A model generated the notes under the pieces. The model was not told where the DNA came from. It saw only the letters and a program-made list of their open reading frames with translations, and made no database searches. A stretch of DNA of 64,000 bases from contig WRGY01000125.1 in NCBI GenBank assembly GCA_009786925.1, forward strand, positions 21,810 to 85,809. The letters are read 5' to 3'. Of this stretch, positions 58,867-64,000 are shown piece after piece (the first letter of the stretch is position 1; each line of letters begins with the position of its first letter). The translations under genes were made by a program, and so were the position numbers. Origin of the DNA: Defluviitaleaceae bacterium (GTDB lineage: Bacteria > Bacillota > Clostridia > Lachnospirales > WQUN01).

Positions 58867-58955
58867 CACTTGATGATTATAAAAATTCCGTTGATTCTGT
58901 CATGATTAGAGGCCTTGAAGAAGTACGGAAATTAGCAAAAACAGGGGGAATGTGA

Positions 58956-59720
58956 GTGAAAATAAAAATGATTGTTACAGACCTTGATGGTACGTTGTTG
59001 AAAAGTGACAAATCAATCTCGGAGTATACAAAATCTGTTTTAAGAAAGTGCAGGGATTTAGGGATTAAAGTAGCTTATGCCACGGGGCGTGGTGGCTCCG
59101 CTAAACGTGTTGCGCCATCAGAACTTTTTGACGGTCAAATCTCAATGAATGGTGCAGTAGCAAAAATTGGAGATGAAATCGTATACAAACGCCTGATTTT
59201 GCACCGGACAGCTCTTCCTATTTTGACGGCCTGTGATAAACATGGCATAAAAATCACATCAGAAAACAGTGGTATGCATTACTCCAATTTTAGTGTTTCT
59301 GATATGTGGCCTCAAATTACGAATTTTAAAATTGTAGATTTTTTGCAACACAATATTGATGCTGAAAAAATCTATACGCCTAACCCCACGGCCAATGATA
59401 GACTCTTTATTGAGCAACTACTCTCCGACGACCTTTATTTTGTCGTTACTACTGATGGTGACGGCTATCTTGGGCAGATAATGCATAAAGAAGCAACAAA
59501 AGCTAAAGCTATCGCCGCGCTTGCACAGCATTGGGGTATCACCCGGTCTGAAATCGCCGCTTTTGGCGATGACTATAACGACATAGACATGCTGCAAGAA
59601 TGCGGCATTAGCATAGCCGTTGCCAATGCCATCAACGACGTAAAGGCTGTTGCCGAATATATTTGTGACGCTAACGATAACGATGGTATCGCAAAATGGA
59701 TTGTAGATGTTTTGGCTTAA
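58956..59720 (+). CDS. Cof-type HAD-IIB phosphatase
   Basis: Motifs IVTDLDGTLL and FGDDYNDIDML are present. The last codons (VDVLA*) lie inside the left arm of the R4 palindrome. Confidence 0.85.
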   Translation: MKIKMIVTDLDGTLLKSDKSISEYTKSVLRKCRDLGIKVAYATGRGGSAKRVAPSELFDGQISMNGAVAKIGDEIVYKRLILHRTALPILTACDKHGIKITSENSGMHYSNFSVSDMWPQITNFKIVDFLQHNIDAEKIYTPNPTANDRLFIEQLLSDDLYFVVTTDGDGYLGQIMHKEATKAKAIAALAQHWGITRSEIAAFGDDYNDIDMLQECGISIAVANAINDVKAVAEYICDANDNDGIAKWIVDVLA

Positions 59721-59775
59721 ACCGCTCAAACCCGCATTCTGTGAGGGTTTGAGCGGTTATGACCAAAACATCTAC
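59703..59775. repeat. Repeat family R, copy R4: complete ~73-nt imperfect palindrome (also the HAD gene terminator)
   Basis: The left arm is GTAGATGTTTTGGCTTAAACCGCTCAAACCC (59703-59733) and the right arm is GAGGGTTTGAGCGGTTATGACCAAAACATCTAC (59743-59775). The inner 14 bp pair perfectly. Confidence 0.75.
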
Positions 59776-59883
59776 GGCAAAAATGTCAAAACCTGACGAT
59801 TTTTTCTTGCAATGCTAATAGTTGTTATAATAATATGTGGTAAGCATAGCACTAAAATCCAAAAACTAAGGGAGCTAATCACT

Positions 59884-60945
59884 ATGACAAACTTAAAAAA
59901 GCACGTAGCGTTATTGCTTGCAATTATCCTCACGTTGACCCTAATCCCCGCAGAACTCGCAATTGCATCCACTCGTACATATACCCTAAGCCGTGGTGGT
60001 TTTACCATGGAGTTTAGGGTCGTCAGTGCATGGAACACAGGCTATAATGCAGAAATCATACTGACTAACAACACAGCACAAGGCCTCTACCAGTGGGTAC
60101 TAAACCTAAATCGCGATATGGGTTTGACTGCAAATGCCCAAGGCGCATGGCTTGCGCACCAAGCGCAAGGTGTAACCACACTGGGTTATATGGACTGGAA
60201 CAGCTACATACCTGCGGGCGGTAGAATTAGTATATGGTTAACCAACACAAGCACAAACGGTGTTGTGCCTGTCCCCACGGACTTTAGGCTCAACCAAGCC
60301 ACACGCAGGCGCGTCCCTTCCGCTGACTACACCCATGAGGTGAATCATCACAGTGGATGGGCGGGCAGATTTGGGCTGGGGTTATCCACCGTCATATATG
60401 ATGTGTCCGCTTACTGCGAAAAATGCAATGTGGGTTTAGTGCAAAAAGACGATTTCTTGTTGAAAAAATCTCCCAGCTGGGGGCGCAGGGATTTTTTTTC
60501 GTTGACTTGGGTTTATGACGAGATATTTCTTTCGGATAAAGCTGAAGCAGTATTTAAGGAAAACAAGGTGACGGGTATTGAGTTCCGTGATGTGCGATGT
60601 GGTATGAAAAAACGAGAGATAATTCAAAACACTAAACAAATAATTGTAAGTAATCGCCTAAAACCCGGATTGCCTAAAACCATGATAGAGTAAAGCTTTG
60701 CTTGTCCTGATTGCTACTCTGTTAAGCATATTTTAAAAGTTGGATTTTTCTACTATGATAATGCGTCATTTGATGGGGTATGTGTTGATATAATTAAAAC
60801 CGCGGAAAACTATGGCGCAGAAGGCTCAAATACAAACCTCATATTTGCAACGCAACGATTCAGGCGCATAATCATCGACAATGAGCTGGAAAATGGGATT
60901 TATTTTATCCCTATACAGTTACTAAAAGTGCGTGTTGAAAATTGA
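59884..60945 (+). pseudogene. Chimeric ORF: signal peptide + CBM2-like module joined to immunity-protein-like (Imm11/DUF1629-like) sequence, with an in-frame TAA
   Basis: ATG 59884 gives MTNLKKHVALLLAIILTLTLIP. The CBM2-like segment is GGFTMEFRVVSAWNTGYNAEIILTNN..YQWVLNL..GGRISIWL..PTDFRLNQ. From about nt 60300 the sequence is unrelated (..IFLSDKAEAVFKENKVTGIEFRDV..). TAA at 60691-60693 is followed in the same frame by 83 more codons (..IFATQRFRRIIIDNELENGIYFIPIQL..) up to 60945. Confidence 0.45.
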
Positions 60946-61102
60946 TATAGTCCTTTATACAGACTTGAAGCTGGTGTCAGCAAATATATTGACCGCTTCA
61001 ACCGTAATCAAAATTTTGAATAAGTATCACCATAATAAAAAATCACATCCCATTTTTGCATAAATGCTAGATGTGGTTTTTTGAAATTATTGGAAACAAA
61101 CA

Positions 61103-61924
61103 TTACCATTCATACCGGGATTTCAAGTGAGTTTTCAGGCTATTGATACCCGCTTCTTTGCAAACAGATGATAGAATTTTCAGAATCTCAATTCTTGTAT
61201 GGTCAAACCAATTTGCCATTTCCCTATCGTTAAAGCAATAATACCCACTAGGATTCAGCCTAAACACGTTGTCACGCTCTGCAATTTTCAGTCTATGATT
61301 AATCGCAACAAGCATATCCACGATTGTTCCAAGTTTATCACGCCATTCGCTATTAACGAGCATCGATTTACCTTCTGCCGTTTTTATCGGAGTCCTGTCA
61401 CGAGTTCTTTGCACTCCAGTATTCAAAGCAATGATTGTATCCTCAATCGCATTGTAAAAATCATCCATAGAACCTTCTTGATTTATTTGGTGCTGAAATG
61501 CTGGGCGGTCAAAGCATTGAACATAGAACTCAATCAGTTTTTTGTCGTCATTTAATGGTGTATGCGATGTATCTGCCGTCATTTCAGCACGAGCAATATC
61601 TTCCGCTGCTTTTTTCCATGCCAAAAGCAGCTCTTTAGGGTATTGGACGACATCGTCATCAATTATCTTTGCGTGGGTTTGACACAACCAAATGCCATTA
61701 TCAAACGAAGCTCGTCCTTCTGAACTCATAGACATATCATATCGAGGCCCGCCTGGCGAAGCGGCACATATGTGAGATGCAACCCCAATATTTGTATGTT
61801 TAAAAGCATTTTCATCACTTGGCCCGCTTGTTGGTTTTCTACAATCTGGATTGCTACATTTTACACCCACGCGCTTTGCAAGTGCCTCTCTTACCTTTGG
61901 ATTAAAATCATCACGTTTACTCAT
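61103..61924 (-). CDS. HNH (His-Me finger) endonuclease domain protein with an unassigned C-terminal domain
   Basis: The N-terminal 110 aa contain CSNPDCRKPTSGP, VASHICAASPGGPRYD and NGIWLCQTHAKIIDDD. About 160 aa of unknown sequence follow. The gene is solitary with AT-rich flanks. Confidence 0.7.
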   Translation of the reverse strand: MSKRDDFNPKVREALAKRVGVKCSNPDCRKPTSGPSDENAFKHTNIGVASHICAASPGGPRYDMSMSSEGRASFDNGIWLCQTHAKIIDDDVVQYPKELLLAWKKAAEDIARAEMTADTSHTPLNDDKKLIEFYVQCFDRPAFQHQINQEGSMDDFYNAIEDTIIALNTGVQRTRDRTPIKTAEGKSMLVNSEWRDKLGTIVDMLVAINHRLKIAERDNVFRLNPSGYYCFNDREMANWFDHTRIEILKILSSVCKEAGINSLKTHLKSRYEW

Positions 61925-62254
61925 GAACTTAAATCTCCCAATCTCAAAGTATACTGTTTTTTATCAAAAAACCTTATCTTTATTATAACGTAAATTCCTT
62001 AATTTTGTTTCATTTTTAAAAAATGTCAGTCCCGAATTCTTAAACTCCGGCGCGGGCTGTGGGGGGAGCAGATACGATTGCAGAGTTATTTCCACTTTTC
62101 ACAGCTTACATCATACGAATAGAGGGATATTATTTGAAAAATGAGCCAAAATAGAGTACGTTTTATTCACTGAATGTATTATGATAGAATGTGCATATAA
62201 TCTTATTGATTGATGTATCACAAATGCTGCAATATTTAAGGGGAGAATGCTAAA

Positions 62255-62935
62255 ATGAAGCTAATCTACGAAGGTAAAACAAAAAATGTGTATGAAAATC
62301 CAAGTGGTACGATAACCTTAAAACTAAAGGACGATGCTACAGGCAAAGATGGGGTTTTTGACCCCGGCGAAAACTCTGTGGGGTTGAGCATAGATGGTCT
62401 CGGTCGCGAGTCACTAAGGCTCACGGTTTATTATTTTGGGGTGCTTACAGAGCAAGGGATTCCTACGCATTATATCGCAAGCGATATTTCTGCCGCTACC
62501 ATGGAGGTATATCCTGCCACTATGTTTGGCAAGGGAGTCGAGTTTGTGTGCAGATGTAAAGCCGATGGCAGTTTTATTCGCCGTTATGGCTCGTATGCAA
62601 AGGTCGGCGACGACCTCGACTACATTGTAGAGGTGACACTAAAAGACGATGAACGCAAAGACCCCCCCATTACAAAAGAAGCACTGGTTGCCCTAAAAAT
62701 ATTAACAGACAGCGAATACGAGACCTGTGCCGCATTGACAAAAAAGGCAACAAAAATAATAGCTGCTGACCTTGAAAAAAAAGGGCTACAGCTATATGAC
62801 CTAAAGTTTGAGTTTGGTAAAAACAGCGATGGGCAGGTGATGCTCATAGACGAAGTATCGGCGGGTTGTATGCGTGTCTATAAGGGAGGCGAAATAGTAA
62901 AGCCCATGGACTTGGGTGCGCTTGTGCTAAGTTGA
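62255..62935 (+). CDS. purC: Phosphoribosylaminoimidazole-succinocarboxamide synthase (short form)
   Basis: 226 aa with LIYEGKTKNVY, the GKD.. segment, LIDEVS and the DLKFEFG motif. Confidence 0.9.
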   Translation: MKLIYEGKTKNVYENPSGTITLKLKDDATGKDGVFDPGENSVGLSIDGLGRESLRLTVYYFGVLTEQGIPTHYIASDISAATMEVYPATMFGKGVEFVCRCKADGSFIRRYGSYAKVGDDLDYIVEVTLKDDERKDPPITKEALVALKILTDSEYETCAALTKKATKIIAADLEKKGLQLYDLKFEFGKNSDGQVMLIDEVSAGCMRVYKGGEIVKPMDLGALVLS

Positions 62936-63468
62936 AAAAACGCCGCATCGTCTGCTTCTTTAACACGTACGACAAGCGTGCAGACATCCGTGTACTCTAC
63001 ACCCAGTACCTCAATGCCCAGTTTTTCGAAATCATATTTTACTTTATCAAAGTTGGAATATGCACAGACCACGCCGTATTCTTTGGAAATGACCATTTCC
63101 TCGGGTGCGGCGTTTTCCATTGCGCCTTTTGCGGCGCGAGTATATGCACGCACAAGCCCGCCCGCACCCAGCAAAGTTCCGCCAAAATATCGCGTCACCA
63201 CGCATACATAATCAATCACACCGGTTTTTTGAAACACGGTTAATACAGGTATCCCTGCCGTGCCATGCGGTTCTCCGTCATCACTCATGCGCACAATATT
63301 TCCTGTTTCGTATGCAAACACATTATGGTTTGCACGCGGGTGTGCCGCACGAGTTTTTGCGATTACCTCACGCGCCGCCTCGTCGGTGGTCACAGATGTG
63401 CAATAGCCTAAAAACTTGGATTTCTTTTCCTCATATTCAAAAAATCCTTCTTTGGGCAAAATCAGCAT
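62878..63468 (-). CDS. YigZ/IMPACT family protein
   Basis: 196 aa with EYEEKKSKFLGY, ANHNVFAY and DDGEPHGTAG. It is convergent with purC and overlaps it by 58 nt. Confidence 0.8.
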   Translation of the reverse strand: MLILPKEGFFEYEEKKSKFLGYCTSVTTDEAAREVIAKTRAAHPRANHNVFAYETGNIVRMSDDGEPHGTAGIPVLTVFQKTGVIDYVCVVTRYFGGTLLGAGGLVRAYTRAAKGAMENAAPEEMVISKEYGVVCAYSNFDKVKYDFEKLGIEVLGVEYTDVCTLVVRVKEADDAAFFQLSTSAPKSMGFTISPPL

Positions 63469-63516
63469 AAAAACCCTCGTTTTTTCGCATAATATGTTTT
63501 AAGAGGAGAGAAAAAA

Positions 63517-64000
63517 ATGAAAAATATATTTGTATGCTGCATATTGGCGTTAGCCTTCCTGGGTGTCCCCGTCCCGCCCCAAGAAACAAAACTCCCCATT
63601 ATTATGTACCATCTTGTGACAGAAAATCAAAAATACATCGGAGCGTTTGGGATTTCGCCCGCACAATTACGTCAAGATTTTGAGTATCTGCAATCAAACG
63701 GATACAACACAGTTGTGGTAAGTGACCTCATCGCATTTGTAAACGAAGGTGTACCACTGCCACCAAACCCAATCATGCTAACATTTGATGATGGTAACTA
63801 CAGCGAGTACAAATATCTGCTCCCGCTACTGAAAGAGTTTGACAAAAAGGCCGTAATATCAATAATGGGCGAGGCTACAGACCGCGCTACGGCGGAAGCC
63901 GAAAAAAACCCAAAATCCCTGCATCCAAACCTAAACTGGGCCCAAGTAGCAGAGTTACACAATAGCGGCCACGCAGAAATCCAAAGCCATGCCTTTGACC
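63517..64000 (+). CDS. Polysaccharide deacetylase family protein (partial, runs off the window)
   Basis: ATG 63517 follows AGAGGAGAG. It has a signal peptide, and PIIMYH...LTFDDGNYSEY is the NodB-type motif. Confidence 0.75.
   Translation, partial: MKNIFVCCILALAFLGVPVPPQETKLPIIMYHLVTENQKYIGAFGISPAQLRQDFEYLQSNGYNTVVVSDLIAFVNEGVPLPPNPIMLTFDDGNYSEYKYLLPLLKEFDKKAVISIMGEATDRATAEAEKNPKSLHPNLNWAQVAELHNSGHAEIQSHAFD

Noticed and set aside
61925-62254. Purine riboswitch upstream of purC.
   Set aside because: There is no UUUCUACCGGGCACCGUAAAUGUCCGACUAUG-like junction core. The region is simply AT-rich.
62878-62935. The 58-nt convergent overlap of purC and yigZ, and the 24-nt overlap of rnhA and ylmC at 15241-15264, considered as antisense regulatory features.
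   Set aside because: Both partners look like intact family members, and compact convergent ends are common. There is no extra structure to support a regulatory role.

Overview
This looks like a chromosomal segment of an endospore-forming Firmicute of the Clostridia type. That is inferred from the spoIVFA/spoIVFB-like pair, ylmC/ymxH, a CotD-like coat protein, surface proteins with copper-amine-oxidase-N-like anchor domains and a GH11 xylanase. I cannot name the species. The backbone is housekeeping: gyrA, ispD-rnhA, uppP, an RsmF-like methyltransferase, thrS, NuoE/NuoF-like flavoprotein genes, purK-(GNAT)-purL-purF-purM-purN, purC, truA, tRNA-Leu(CAA) and cell-wall hydrolases. Two very large secreted proteins are present, an S-layer-like protein of 1030 aa and a GH11 multidomain protein of 1476 aa. 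Several small, visibly AT-richer accessory islets interrupt the backbone. (1) A translationally coupled AAA_21/ABC-type ATPase plus a Cys-rich 192-aa partner (9872-11699) has the two-gene layout of PARIS/Septu/AbiL-type defence systems, but I cannot assign its effector; this is my top candidate for an undescribed system. (2) A toxin-antitoxin islet (19.9-23.1 kb) carries mazE-mazF-P-loop NTPase, a DinJ remnant and DinJ coupled to a 391-aa Cys/His-rich protein. (3) A five-gene operon of unassignable proteins ends in a PAS-GGDEF cyclase (26.2-32.9 kb). (4) A patchwork between truA and purC contains S41 peptidase remnants, a Dabb protein, MNT/HepT, a chimeric CBM2::immunity-like pseudogene and an orphan HNH protein. 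Two short dispersed repeat families sit at several junctions, and an Rpn-family nuclease lies next to a truncated surface-protein paralogue. No CRISPR array, rRNA, integrase or riboswitch was found. All family calls rest on motif recognition by eye, with no searches run.
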